Source: Sulfurospirillaceae bacterium (GTDB lineage Bacteria; Campylobacterota; Campylobacteria; Campylobacterales; Sulfurospirillaceae). Taken from it: 64,000 nt of DNA. Numbering within the stretch: position 1 is the first letter of the stretch; each line of letters opens with the position of its first letter. A program made the translations under genes and the position numbers. Shown piece by piece: positions 39,697 through 50,900 of the stretch. A model generated the notes under the pieces. The model saw nothing but the letters and a program-made list of their open reading frames with translations, did no database searches and had not been told where the DNA came from. The stretch spans positions 64,001-128,000 of the forward strand of contig JAWVXD010000005.1 of assembly GCA_033723415.1 (NCBI GenBank). Direction: 5' to 3'.

Positions 39697-41855
39697 ATCT
39701 AAATATTTCAGGTATGACCTGCGTAAATTGCTCAAACGGTATAGAGAGAGTTGTCAATAAACTTGATGGTTTAGAAAAATCCAAAGTAAGCTTTACAGCG
39801 AACAAGGGTGAGTTTACGATTGATTCGGACAAACTAGATAAAAATACGATCATACAGAAGATCAGAAAACTTGGATATGGTGTAGAAGAGGATATAGCAG
39901 CTCTAGAGGCTTCAAAAAAAGCAGCGTATCAAAAACTTAAATTTACGTTTCTAATCTCAGCTTGTCTGACATTACTGATGTTCTACTTTGTTCTCTTTCC
40001 TATAAAAGATATAAATCTTTATATAATGTTTGCCATTGGTTCGATTGTGCAGTTCTATCCAGGAAGTAGATTTTATGTGCTTTCATATAAAGCTATCATC
40101 AATAAGAATACAGATATGAACGTTTTAGTGGCACTTGGTACCAGTGCTGCATATTTTTATTCCACCGCTGTTGTGTTATTTCCTCATATATTTCCTGAAA
40201 ATCTTAGATTTGTTTATTTTGACGGAGCAAGTGTTATTATAACCTTTATCTTGCTTGGACGACTTTTAGAAGAGAGATCTCGTGCAAAGGCAACTGATTT
40301 TTTAAAGAGACTGATGGATCTCTCTCCGCAAAATGCAAATAAGCTCGAAGATAACGGTGAGATAGTAAGCATACTTGCGAAAGATCTACAAATCGGCGAT
40401 AAAGTTTTTGTAAAAGTCGGTGAGAAGATATCGGCTGATGGTGTTATCATAGAAGGTGGCGGAGATATAGATACCTCAATGATAACTGGAGAACCTATGC
40501 CTGTTTTTAAAACTGTCGGAGATGAAGTTGTTGCAGGCACTATAAACACTCAAGGCACCCTTAAAATACAAGTTTTAAAAAATGCAAATGAAAATACGAT
40601 CTCCAAGATCATTGCACTTCTAAGTGCAGCTGGAAGTAAAAAACTCCCTATTGCAAGATTGGCAGATAAAATAGCCAGCATATTCGTACCTACAGTCATA
40701 AGTATTTCCGTTTTAACTTTTTTGGCATGGTATTTTATTTTCAATGATGCAACAAACGCGATTTTAGCCTCTATCTCTGTACTTATAATCTCTTGTCCAT
40801 GTGCACTTGGGCTTGCTACGCCTATTGCTATCGTCAGTGCTGTCGGGAAAGGTGCAAAAGAAGGTATATTGATAAAAAATCCAGAGATATTGGAAATCAT
40901 AAAAGATATAAAATATGCAGTTTTTGATAAAACAGGCACTTTGACAAAAGGTGTCATATCAGTAAAAGATATATATTTAAAAAACGAGGAATTACTGGGT
41001 GTACTCTCTTCCATAGAGGCTCATAGTGAGCATCCTATATCAAAAGCTATAGTTGATTATGCTAAAAACAAACAGAGTATAAAAAATGAACAGGTTCAAA
41101 ATGTACAAATTATCCCAGGAAAGGGCGTGAGTGGTGTTTATGAGAACAAAACTATACTAATCGGGAATCAAAGACTTTTAGAAAAAAATAATATACATAT
41201 TTCACAAGAGTATTTTGATATTTTCACACAAACCTTAGATGAAGGCAACGGAGCAGTCTTTGTTAGTGAGGAGGATAAGTGTATAGGCGTAATATCATTG
41301 GAAGATAGCTTAAAAGCAGATGCTAAAGAGCTGATTTTAAATCTCAAGAAACAAGCTATAATTCCGGTGTTATTGACAGGAGATAATAAAATAACTGCAA
41401 AAAAGATCGCTGACACCTTAGGAATAGAGTCATATTATGCTGAAGTCTTACCTGATGAAAAATATGAAGTCATAAAAAAATTGCAAAAAGAAGCTAAGGT
41501 CATGTTCATAGGTGATGGGATCAATGATTCGCCGTCTATTAAGCAAGCAGATATCGGTATAACGTTAAATTCGGGATCTGATATCACAAAAGATGCCGGA
41601 GATATCATTTTGATCAACAATGATCTCAAATCGGTTTTAAAAAGTGTTAATCTCTCAAAAAGAGCAATGAGTACGATAAAGCAAAATCTATTTTGGGCAT
41701 TTTTCTATAATGCTCTTGGAATTCCATTGGCTGCAGGAGTACTTCATCCGATCATAGGTGTAATGCTCTCTCCTATGTATGCGGGAATCGCTATGAGTTT
41801 TAGCTCTGTTACGGTTGTGTTGAATTCTCTTAGATTAAAGGTCATGAAAATCTAA
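39678..41855 (+). CDS. copA: Copper-translocating P1B-1 ATPase
   Basis: GMTCVNC, TGE, CPC, DKTGT, HP, GDGIND, YN and MSFSS motifs. Confidence 0.9.
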   Translation: MSKEKINLNISGMTCVNCSNGIERVVNKLDGLEKSKVSFTANKGEFTIDSDKLDKNTIIQKIRKLGYGVEEDIAALEASKKAAYQKLKFTFLISACLTLLMFYFVLFPIKDINLYIMFAIGSIVQFYPGSRFYVLSYKAIINKNTDMNVLVALGTSAAYFYSTAVVLFPHIFPENLRFVYFDGASVIITFILLGRLLEERSRAKATDFLKRLMDLSPQNANKLEDNGEIVSILAKDLQIGDKVFVKVGEKISADGVIIEGGGDIDTSMITGEPMPVFKTVGDEVVAGTINTQGTLKIQVLKNANENTISKIIALLSAAGSKKLPIARLADKIASIFVPTVISISVLTFLAWYFIFNDATNAILASISVLIISCPCALGLATPIAIVSAVGKGAKEGILIKNPEILEIIKDIKYAVFDKTGTLTKGVISVKDIYLKNEELLGVLSSIEAHSEHPISKAIVDYAKNKQSIKNEQVQNVQIIPGKGVSGVYENKTILIGNQRLLEKNNIHISQEYFDIFTQTLDEGNGAVFVSEEDKCIGVISLEDSLKADAKELILNLKKQAIIPVLLTGDNKITAKKIADTLGIESYYAEVLPDEKYEVIKKLQKEAKVMFIGDGINDSPSIKQADIGITLNSGSDITKDAGDIILINNDLKSVLKSVNLSKRAMSTIKQNLFWAFFYNALGIPLAAGVLHPIIGVMLSPMYAGIAMSFSSVTVVLNSLRLKVMKI

Positions 41856-41868
41856 ACTTTTCAAGTCT

Positions 41869-41902
41869 ATTGCTCCTTGTGTTCAATGCCACAAGGAGTA
41901 AT
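41869..41902 (+). terminator. Hairpin downstream of copA, probable terminator
   Basis: ATTGCTCCTTGTG, 8-nt loop, CACAAGGAGTAAT; weak U-tract. Confidence 0.6.
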
Positions 41903-41939
41903 CATATATCTTCGTATTTCAAAATTCCATTGAAGATTC

Positions 41940-42122
41940 TTATATACCTTTGGCCATTAGCTTCATATTGTATTTATCCACAAACCATTGATATGCAACT
42001 TTACGATTACGGGAATCATCATCTACAAATGTTCCTCCATAGATGATGGCTACAATACCATGTTATTGAAACATTTTACTTCCAAAGCCGCCTCTCCCTG
42101 CCCAAGTATCTATGTACGTGAG
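41940..42122 (-). pseudogene. Remnant of an aldehyde:ferredoxin oxidoreductase (AOR/GAPOR family) gene
   Basis: Manual translation LTYIDTWAGRGGFGSKMFQ*HGIVAIIYGGTFVDDDSRNRKVAYQWF...; AGRGG-x-G motif and in-frame TAA at 42063-42065. Confidence 0.7.
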
Positions 42123-42135
42123 AGTATATCTTTGT

Positions 42136-43071
42136 TTAAGAGAAGAATATTTCTATATATTTGCGCATCTCATCAACATTTTCAATCCTATTTACCTTAT
42201 CTCTAAAGGCTGAAGCTTCAGGAAATCCTTTTGAATATGTATGCAGGTGTTTTCTAAATATTGAAGCTCCTTTTTCTCCATAAAAATCTATCATATTGTC
42301 ATAATGTTCCAAGACAATCTCTTTTATTTTGTCTTTATTTACAAATTCAAGATTATTTTTAATTTGATAAAATATCCAAGGATTTCCGACAGCACCCCGT
42401 CCTATCATGATAGACTTACATCCTGTTATATTTTTTACTTCATTTGCTTTTTTGAGACTGGTTATATCCCCATTTGCGATAACAGGTATAGACACGGCAT
42501 CTTTTGCTCTTTTGATAGCTTCATAGTCTACTTCAGCCTTGTATCTTCCTGCTCTTGTTCTCCCATGTATACTCATAAAATCAACACCGGCTCTTTCACA
42601 TGCAAGTGCTATTTCTTCCGGGATTTTTTCATCAAATCCAAGCCTTACTTTTGCACTTAGATAATCTTTGTTGGAGTACTTTCTTATAGTTTCTAAAACT
42701 CTTTGCAATAGAGACAAATCTTTTAAAAGAGATGATCCTGCACACTGAGAAACAACTTTTGGCACCGGACACCCGCAGTTTAAATCTATCCCGTCAATTC
42801 CATCAATAGTATTTAGAACTTCCACGGCTTTTTTTATAACATCTAGATCTGAGCCTGCAATTTGCACAATATAAGGCTTTTCTAAAGGAGATTTCTTTAG
42901 CATTTCAAATGTTTTTTTTGAATTATGGACAAGTGCATTTGCACTTATCATCTCTGAAAAAGTTAAATCTGCATCAAATTTTTTAACAAGAGAGCGAAAC
43001 GGAAGGTCGGTATATCCGGCGAGAGGCGCCAAAGCAGTTATGCCTTGGCTAAAATTTATCTTTTCTATGAT
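42136..43071 (-). CDS. dusB: tRNA-dihydrouridine synthase B; start codon uncertain
   Basis: LAPLAGYTD, DLNCGCP, HGRT, ANGDI and MIGRGA motifs. Confidence 0.9.
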   Translation of the reverse strand: MIEKINFSQGITALAPLAGYTDLPFRSLVKKFDADLTFSEMISANALVHNSKKTFEMLKKSPLEKPYIVQIAGSDLDVIKKAVEVLNTIDGIDGIDLNCGCPVPKVVSQCAGSSLLKDLSLLQRVLETIRKYSNKDYLSAKVRLGFDEKIPEEIALACERAGVDFMSIHGRTRAGRYKAEVDYEAIKRAKDAVSIPVIANGDITSLKKANEVKNITGCKSIMIGRGAVGNPWIFYQIKNNLEFVNKDKIKEIVLEHYDNMIDFYGEKGASIFRKHLHTYSKGFPEASAFRDKVNRIENVDEMRKYIEIFFS

Positions 43072-43072
43072 A

Positions 43073-44086
43073 TTACACTTTCAAAAATTTTACGGTATCT
43101 ATATTTTTACCATGATCTCTTAAAAATAGAAGCGTCTTAAATTTTAAGAAATCTTCTTCATCTGAATTGTCTAGTATTTCTCTAACCTTATCGATCATCT
43201 GCAATTCATATAAAGTAAATATATAAGCATTAGCTGCTATTTGTCCTTTTTCATTGTACAAATTGCTAAATAGGTCTATTAATTCATCCGGCGACAATCT
43301 AACTCTTATCTCTTCGGCTAATTCAAGGTAGTCTTCACTATTTGCGTTAAATTGCTCTAACATCTGCTTCATCGAAGCTATATCAATCTCAAAATTGTCT
43401 TCAGGATCTAAATACCTTTCCATCATTCTTCTAAAAATATCTTTATCTATAGGGAAAGAGTACTTTTTGATTTCTGCAAAAGTTGCTATATTTAAAAGTT
43501 CATAATAGGCTTTTTTACATATTTCACTCTCTAGGTCACTACATTTTTTGAGTATAGTGTATGCATATTTTGGATCAGCTTTAAGTTTGTTTTCTTCATT
43601 TTTTATAAATAATTCATTATCTTCTGAAATCTTGTATTTCTTTATATCTTCAGGTTCACCTTCTCGAATTTTATCTACAATACGATAACATTCTTTTAAA
43701 TCTTCATTTTCCAAATCTTCTATATCGCTTTTTTTTGCATAATTTAGAGTAGACAGAACAAAGCCTGGAGTTTTGAAAAAATCTGTTTTAAATTTAAGAT
43801 TACTTTTTTCTCCAAAAATTGAGCTTTTCGTTACATTTATAAAAGTATCGTAATCTTTTTTTATTGCTCTTTTATTAAAAAAATCTTTTATACTATAGTA
43901 CATCAAATGAGAAATTGAAGCTATAAATAAGATTATTGATGGAACTATTATCCATACTGCAATTGGTAAATTTAAAGAAAACTTGTATATGCTAAGGGCA
44001 TAACTGTTTCCATTAAAACTATAAACATAAAGTCCGACAGCGAACAAATATATAACCGACAACAATGCATAACGTCTAATTCCCAT
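43073..44086 (-). CDS. Hypothetical membrane protein (two N-terminal TM helices, helical soluble domain)
   Basis: 337-aa ORF between dksA and dusB. Confidence 0.7.
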   Translation of the reverse strand: MGIRRYALLSVIYLFAVGLYVYSFNGNSYALSIYKFSLNLPIAVWIIVPSIILFIASISHLMYYSIKDFFNKRAIKKDYDTFINVTKSSIFGEKSNLKFKTDFFKTPGFVLSTLNYAKKSDIEDLENEDLKECYRIVDKIREGEPEDIKKYKISEDNELFIKNEENKLKADPKYAYTILKKCSDLESEICKKAYYELLNIATFAEIKKYSFPIDKDIFRRMMERYLDPEDNFEIDIASMKQMLEQFNANSEDYLELAEEIRVRLSPDELIDLFSNLYNEKGQIAANAYIFTLYELQMIDKVREILDNSDEEDFLKFKTLLFLRDHGKNIDTVKFLKV

Positions 44087-44097
44087 CTAATCCCGCC

Positions 44098-44457
44098 TTA
44101 ATTCTTTTTTGCTGATTTTTCCATAATTTCTCTACAAGTAATGCAGTATTTTGCTTGAGGTTTTACTTTCAATCTTTGAAAACTTATCTCTTCTTCACAC
44201 ATTTCGCAGATTCCGTATGTTCCGCCTTTGATCTTACCCAAAGAGTAATCGATCTCATGAAGCTCTTTTGTCAATTGCTGATTAATTGCTTCTTCGATCA
44301 ACCTATCAGTACTTATAGAAGCATGATCTGCTTCATCTCCAACATCATCTTGCTTAAGAGATGTTATTCCTTTTATAGACTCATCAATATTTTTAAGTAT
44401 CTGTCTTTTTCTTTCGTTTAAAATATCTTCAAAAAATTTTACTTCATTTTTTCGCAT
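44098..44457 (-). CDS. dksA: RNA polymerase-binding transcription factor DksA
   Basis: DEADHA coiled-coil tip; YGICEMC...RL...P.AKYCITC zinc finger. Confidence 0.95.
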   Translation of the reverse strand: MRKNEVKFFEDILNERKRQILKNIDESIKGITSLKQDDVGDEADHASISTDRLIEEAINQQLTKELHEIDYSLGKIKGGTYGICEMCEEEISFQRLKVKPQAKYCITCREIMEKSAKKN

Positions 44458-44486
44458 TTAATACTCCATAAATAATATTATACAAG

Positions 44487-44942
44487 TTATTTATGATAAG
44501 GGTGATTTGCTTTTATGCAAAGTCCTCTATAAATCTGCTCAAATAATACTACTTTAGCAATCTTATGGGCATAAGTCAGTTTACTTAAGCTAATAATTTT
44601 TTGAGTTTTATCCAAAAAATCTTGCTCTAAACCATAAGCCCCACCTATAAAAAAATTGATATTTGAATTTCCCTCAAATAATGAGCTAAATTCAAAACTA
44701 TCCAATTCTTTACCACAAACATCCAAAGCCACATTGTACCCTTTTAAATGTGATTCGTATACTTTTGTATATGCCTTTTTCGATTCTTTTTCTCCTCTTG
44801 TCTGAGATAATGCGATATCCTTGTTAAAAATCACCGTATCTTCAACTTGTGCATATTTTTTTATCATCTTCATATACTCATTGAGAAGATTTTCAATTGC
44901 TTTACTCTTTGTCTTCTCTATTGAATATATGTTGATCTTCAT
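44487..44942 (-). CDS. rlmH: 23S rRNA (pseudouridine1915-N3)-methyltransferase
   Basis: FFIGGAYG, SLSKLT, EQIYR and HPYH motifs. Confidence 0.95.
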   Translation of the reverse strand: MKINIYSIEKTKSKAIENLLNEYMKMIKKYAQVEDTVIFNKDIALSQTRGEKESKKAYTKVYESHLKGYNVALDVCGKELDSFEFSSLFEGNSNINFFIGGAYGLEQDFLDKTQKIISLSKLTYAHKIAKVVLFEQIYRGLCIKANHPYHK

Positions 44943-45819
44943 TGCTTGGACCTTTTATCTTTAATTCAAAATCTTTTTTGTCGCTTTGGAAGAAGATCAA
45001 AATATCTGAAATTGTTTTTTTCAATTCACTTCTTTTTACGATCATATCTATCAATCCATGTTCTATTAAAAATTCTGATCTTTGAAATCCCTCAGGAAGT
45101 TCTGCCCCTATTGTTTGCTTTATAACGCGTTGGCCTGCAAATCCTACCAGAGCACCTGGTTCAGCTATGATTATGTCTCCGAGCCAAGCAAAAGAAGCAC
45201 TGACCCCACCCATAGTAGGATCGGTCAAAATAGAGATATATGGCAATTTATGATTTGCTAATTCTTTGATTGCAGCAGATGTTTTGGACATTTGAAGTAA
45301 AGAAAATGTACTCTCTTGCATCCTGGCACCGCCACTTGCACTTACGATAACTAGACCATGTTGTTTTTTTATTGCTCTTTTTGCTGCTCTTACGATCTTT
45401 TCACCTTCAACAGAACCTAAACTTCCTCCCATAAAATCAAAATCAAATACTACAAGCTCTAGAGGAATTCCATTGATCTTGCCAGATCCTGAAATCACGG
45501 AAGAAGTTCTATTTGTTTTATTTTGAGCTTCTTGTATTCTTTTTTTATATGATTTTTTGTCAACAAATTTAAGAGGATCAACTGGTGCTAAATTAGAATC
45601 AAATTCATCAAATGTATCAGCGTCAATAAGTTGTTCAATTCTTTTTTGTATATTTATCCTAAAGTGAAAACCACATTTCGGACAAACATTTAATTGATTT
45701 TCAACCTCTTTGTAATACATCAAAGATTGACACTGTTTACATTTTACCCAATGCTGAGGCGCTTCATCTTTCGAAGGTTGTGTTTTGCGAAAATTACCAA
45801 AAATTTCACTAAATTTCAT
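44902..45819 (-). CDS. accD: Acetyl-CoA carboxylase carboxyltransferase beta subunit
   Basis: WVKC..C zinc finger, FMGGSLG, SGGARMQE and PTMGGVSAS motifs. Confidence 0.97.
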   Translation of the reverse strand: MKFSEIFGNFRKTQPSKDEAPQHWVKCKQCQSLMYYKEVENQLNVCPKCGFHFRINIQKRIEQLIDADTFDEFDSNLAPVDPLKFVDKKSYKKRIQEAQNKTNRTSSVISGSGKINGIPLELVVFDFDFMGGSLGSVEGEKIVRAAKRAIKKQHGLVIVSASGGARMQESTFSLLQMSKTSAAIKELANHKLPYISILTDPTMGGVSASFAWLGDIIIAEPGALVGFAGQRVIKQTIGAELPEGFQRSEFLIEHGLIDMIVKRSELKKTISDILIFFQSDKKDFELKIKGPSNEDQHIFNREDKE

Positions 45820-45835
45820 ACTCTTGACTGCCTTA

Positions 45836-46549
45836 TTAAAATAATCTGGTCATTTTATCAAAAGTTTCCTTATCTTTGCTTATAAACATCAACTCTTCAT
45901 TTTTTAGTATATGAATATCTTCACACATATAAATGCCGCCTTCCACATCAAAGATGCGAGTTTTACCTTCAAACAATACAAAATCTACCTCATGTGCATA
46001 TGCCAAAGATAGAGCTATAGCCCCTGGTGAACGATATTTTATATTATTATCTTCTAGTTTTTGGAATAAATTTTTTGAACTATATACTTTTTCAAAAATG
46101 CCAATAGTCGAATATGGATTTTTGATAATATCTACAAATTGTAAATTTTTCAGATTTGCTTTTTGAAATTTTGTCGAATCTTTTACGAATATATCTCCGT
46201 TTGCCAAATTGACTATTATAGCAGCAATGCATTTTTCTTTGTACTTTAAGACAGCAGATGTTCCAAAATACGGAAAATTGGCGATAAGATTATTACTTCC
46301 GTCTATCGGATCTATGATGATCTCAAAATCACTTTTATTATCTATGAAACCACACTCTTCTGAATAAATATTGCCAAAATTGTTTAAATGTTTTATAAAA
46401 ATATTCTCAGCGGCGATATCAACATATCTGCTCATATCACCGCCTTCACCGATACTGATTGTTTTAGATAATACTGCAAGCTTAGTACTGTTTAACAGTT
46501 CCATTATCTCTTGATTTGCTTGTATGGCACTTTCTATAAAATTTTTCAT
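45836..46549 (-). CDS. Inositol monophosphatase / FBPase family protein
   Basis: SEE and IIDPIDGS motifs. Confidence 0.85.
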   Translation of the reverse strand: MKNFIESAIQANQEIMELLNSTKLAVLSKTISIGEGGDMSRYVDIAAENIFIKHLNNFGNIYSEECGFIDNKSDFEIIIDPIDGSNNLIANFPYFGTSAVLKYKEKCIAAIIVNLANGDIFVKDSTKFQKANLKNLQFVDIIKNPYSTIGIFEKVYSSKNLFQKLEDNNIKYRSPGAIALSLAYAHEVDFVLFEGKTRIFDVEGGIYMCEDIHILKNEELMFISKDKETFDKMTRLF

Positions 46550-46552
46550 TTC

Positions 46553-47935
46553 CTAGCTTGATAAATTTTTTATTATCTGCTGTGCAGCTTCTTTGCCGTC
46601 TTTTGCAGCTGTTACGACAAGATCACTTCCTCTTTTGCAATCACCGCCGGCATAGATTCCTGTTTTACTTGTCTGATGGTCATCTCCGACAATTATATTT
46701 CCATATTTATTTGTTTCGATTCCGTTGGAAGAAAAGAAATCGGTATTAGTTGCAGAAAAACCTAATGCAAAGATAATAACTGTTGCATCTACTTTAAATT
46801 CATTTCCTTTTATTATTTCAACGCTAGACCTTCCACTACTGTCTTTTTTGCCCAAAACTGTTCTCTGCAGTACTATGGATATTGCTTGGTTATCGCTATT
46901 TACCACGATCTCTTTCGGGCTTGCGTTATATATAAATCGTACACCTTCTTCTCGTGCGTTTTGAAACTCTTTCTTACTTCCAGGCATATTGTACTTGTCT
47001 CTTCTATATATACAAGTTACTTCTTTTGCCTCTTGTCTTATAGCTGTTCTTACACAATCCATAGCAGTATCTCCACCGCCTATAACAACCACATTTTTGC
47101 CTTTAACACAAAATTTCTCATCATGTTTTTCCAAAAATAGCTTGTGCTGGGAGTTTCTCAAGAAATCTATCGCCATAAAAACGCCATTTGCATTTTCATT
47201 GGTAATTTTCGCCTTCACAGAATTTTGAGCACCTGTTCCTATAAAGATACTGTCATGCGTACTGACTATTTCATCAAAGGTTATATTCTTTCCTACTTCT
47301 GTATTCAGATGTAAGCTCATACCTGCATCTATAAGCCACTTTATCCTTCTAGCAACAATGTCCTTATCAAGTTTAAAGCTAGGGATACCGTAAGTCAAAA
47401 GACCACCTGCTCTTGGATCTTTTTCATACATATTTACTTTTATCCCACTTCGCAAAAGGTATGTTGCTGCTGCTATTCCCGCTGGCCCTGAGCCTATTAT
47501 TGCAACTTTTTTATCTGTGGTTATACCTGGAAATTCAGGTTTTAAGCCTTTTTTGAATCCTTCTTCCGAAATAAATGTCTCGATATTTCCGATAGTTATA
47601 GCTCCATGTCCGTCATTTAATGTACAATCACCTTCACAAAGTCTGTCATGAGGACAAATCCTGCCAGTTATTTCCGGATATGGATTTGATTCATTTGAGA
47701 GCTTAAAGGAAAGGTTCAAATCCATCTCGCTTGAAGACTTCAACCAATAAGGGATATAATTATGCAATGGACATTTATTGTGACAATATGGATCACCGCA
47801 TTGAATACATCTGTTTGCCTGAATCGCAGCATCTTCTTTGTTTAATACTTCATATATTTCATTAAAATCTCCGATTCTGTCGCTGCTATCCCTTTTTCTT
47901 GCAGATATTCGCTCTGTATTTATAAAATCTTGCAT
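46553..47935 (-). CDS. gltD: Glutamate synthase small subunit
   Basis: RCIQC...C...CP, GRICP, GSGPAG and GGGDTAMD motifs. Confidence 0.96.
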   Translation of the reverse strand: MQDFINTERISARKRDSSDRIGDFNEIYEVLNKEDAAIQANRCIQCGDPYCHNKCPLHNYIPYWLKSSSEMDLNLSFKLSNESNPYPEITGRICPHDRLCEGDCTLNDGHGAITIGNIETFISEEGFKKGLKPEFPGITTDKKVAIIGSGPAGIAAATYLLRSGIKVNMYEKDPRAGGLLTYGIPSFKLDKDIVARRIKWLIDAGMSLHLNTEVGKNITFDEIVSTHDSIFIGTGAQNSVKAKITNENANGVFMAIDFLRNSQHKLFLEKHDEKFCVKGKNVVVIGGGDTAMDCVRTAIRQEAKEVTCIYRRDKYNMPGSKKEFQNAREEGVRFIYNASPKEIVVNSDNQAISIVLQRTVLGKKDSSGRSSVEIIKGNEFKVDATVIIFALGFSATNTDFFSSNGIETNKYGNIIVGDDHQTSKTGIYAGGDCKRGSDLVVTAAKDGKEAAQQIIKNLSS

Positions 47936-47941
47936 AATATA

Positions 47942-50900
47942 TTAATCTCCTTCTTCTGGATTCAATGGGATTTTAGTCATATCTTTTGGCATTACCATCC
48001 AGAAATCTCTGACATTATGTCTAAAATCTTCTATTATTAATTTTGCTTTCAAGCTATCTGTTTCATTGATATGATTTCTCAATAATTTCTTTAAAAAGTG
48101 TTTTGCTTCATCCATTTCATCTATATCTACCCTGACAGCGACTACTAGTTCTTGGTTTAGTTTATCTATAAAGTCTCTGTTTTTATCATAAACAAATGCT
48201 ATACCTCCTGTCATACCGGCACCAAAATTCACTCCTGTATTTCCTAATATCACAACAACACCGCCTGTCATATATTCACAAGCATGATCTCCCGTACCTT
48301 CTACAACAGCCTTAGCACCGGAGTTTCTTACACAAAATCTCTCTCCGACTACACCTGCAACAAAAAGTTTACCTCCTGTTGCTCCGTAAAGACAGGTATT
48401 TCCAGCACATGAATAATTTTCTTTTTGAACAGAAGGAGTAATAACAATCTTTCCACCATTCATACCTTTTCCCACATAATCATTAGCAGAACCTACAAGA
48501 CTTATAGATATCCCATTTGTTAAAAAAGCACCCAAGGATTGCCCTGCTGTGCCGGTTAACTTTAATATAATACTATTTTCTTTCAATCCATTGTTGCCGT
48601 AATATTTTGCTATTTCACCGCTTATCAATGTGCCAAAGCTTCTATTTGTATTTTTAATAGTCCTGTTTACGACTATTAGCTGTTCAGGATTTTCTATGAC
48701 CTTATATACTTCTTTTAATATCTCTTTTTCAAATTCATTTTGATCAAACGGATGATTAGGAACATTGCCGTAAGTATTGATTCCATCGACTCTCATAAGT
48801 ACAGAAGAAAAATCAAATTTTTTGGCAAATTCATCATCTATGATCTCTAATAGATCACTTCGACCTATTATATCTTCCATCCTTTCATACCCAAGTTTTG
48901 CAAGAATTTCTCTGATATCTTGAGCTATAAAGGTAAAGAAATTAACCAATTTATCTACATTCCCTATAAAATATTCTCTCAATTTTTCATTTTGTGTAGC
49001 AATTCCAACTGAACATCTGTTGAGATGACATATTCTTAGAATCTTACAGCCAAGTAAAGTCAATGCCAAAGTTCCAAAAGCATAACTTTCGGCTCCCAAA
49101 AGTGCTGCTTTAACAATATCCAGTCCTGTTTTTAAACCTCCGTCTGTCTGCAAATGGACTTTACTTCTGAGATGATTTGCTTTGAGTGCATTGTGCGCTT
49201 CACTGAGCCCTATTTCCCAAGGATTTCCGGCTGATTTTATAGATCCAAGAGGAGCAGCACCAGTTCCTCCATCACCACCTGAAATAATGATCTTGTCTGC
49301 ATAGGCTTTTGCGACACCTGCAGCGATCGTGCCTACTCCTGCCGTTGATACAAGTTTGACGGTTATTGTTGCATCAGGGTTGACCTGTTTTAGATCAAAT
49401 ATCAATTGGGCAAGATCTTCTATAGAATATATGTCATGATGAGGCGGTGGAGATATAAGCGTAACTCCAGGAACCGTATATCTCAATTTTGCTATCAGAT
49501 TTGAAACCTTGTGTCCCGGCAATTGTCCACCTTCTCCAGGTTTTGCTCCTTGTGCAACTTTTATCTGAATTTCTGTCGCACTTCTTAAATATTCGGGAGT
49601 GACACCAAAACGTCCTGATGCTATTTGTTTGATCTTTGAATTTTTATTTGATTTCAACCGTGCAGAATCTTCTCCTCCTTCACCGCAGTTTGACATAGCC
49701 CCTATTCTATTCATCGCCTCTGCCAATGCTTCATGTGCTTCAGGAGAAATAGATCCTAGACTCATGGCTGCTGTATTAAATCTTTTAAATATCTCTTCTA
49801 TTGGTTCAACTTTTTCTATGTCTATAGGATCTTTGTCTGATTTCAATACAAAGAAATCGCGAATCATTTTTTTATCTCTATTATTGATTAAATTGGCAAA
49901 AGTATCATAATCTTCTCTCTCTCCACTCTCTGCCATCTTATGAACCGAATGCACTATATTTGGACTATAGTCGTGATACTCGCTCCCGTCAAGATACTTG
50001 TAATAGCCTCCTATTTCTAGTGGGAATAACCTTTTGCTAAGATTTAAACTATATGCATTTTTATGATTTCTTTGGAGTCTATCTTCAATATCATCAAATC
50101 CAAGTCCTGGAAGAAGAGCATAAACACCTCTGAAACAGCTGTCTATTATCTCTTTTGACAATCCTATGGTATCAAAAAGAGCCGAGTTTCTATATGAAGA
50201 TATCGTAGAGATTCCCATTTTAGACATTATTTTTAGTAGCCCCTGATTTAATGCGTTATTGACATTTTTCAAATTTGTCTTTATTTCATATGTACTAAGG
50301 CCTTTTTCTTTGGATTCTACTAAAGTTGTCGCGTATAACATATAAGGATAAATCGCACTTGCTCCAAAACCAATCATACAAGCACAAGAATGAGAATCCA
50401 AAGCTTCTCCTGATATAGCAACAATACTTATAAGATCTCTAACACCGTTTTCCAACAATATTTCATTTATCTTACCTACACACATAGCCATAGGTATCGG
50501 TTTTTTTACACTATCCATACCTCTGTCATCAAGATATACGATTCGTACTTTTTCTTTTAATACTGCTTCTATAACATCATAAGCTAGATCTTCCAAACTT
50601 CCTTTTAAATTGTCATCAAACAGAGTTGAAAATGTTTTTCCTTTAAAATTTTCTTTGTATCTAGGTTTACTGGCATCGCCAAAAGACTGCAGTACTTCGA
50701 TTTTTTCTTGCATAAGAATAGGAGATATAGTTTTAATTCTCATAGAATGCTGTGGCTTTTCATCTAAAATATTACTAAGCTCTCCAAAACCTGTATTTAA
50801 GCTCATAACGATTTTTTCACGAATCGGATCAATAGGAGGATTTGTCACCTGCGCAAATTTTTGTTTAAAATAATCAGTAAAACTTCTTTGTTTTTGGCTA

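Noticed and set aside
41988..42206. 72-aa plus-strand ORF
   Set aside because: Shadow of the minus-strand AOR remnant and the end of dusB; no recognisable motif.
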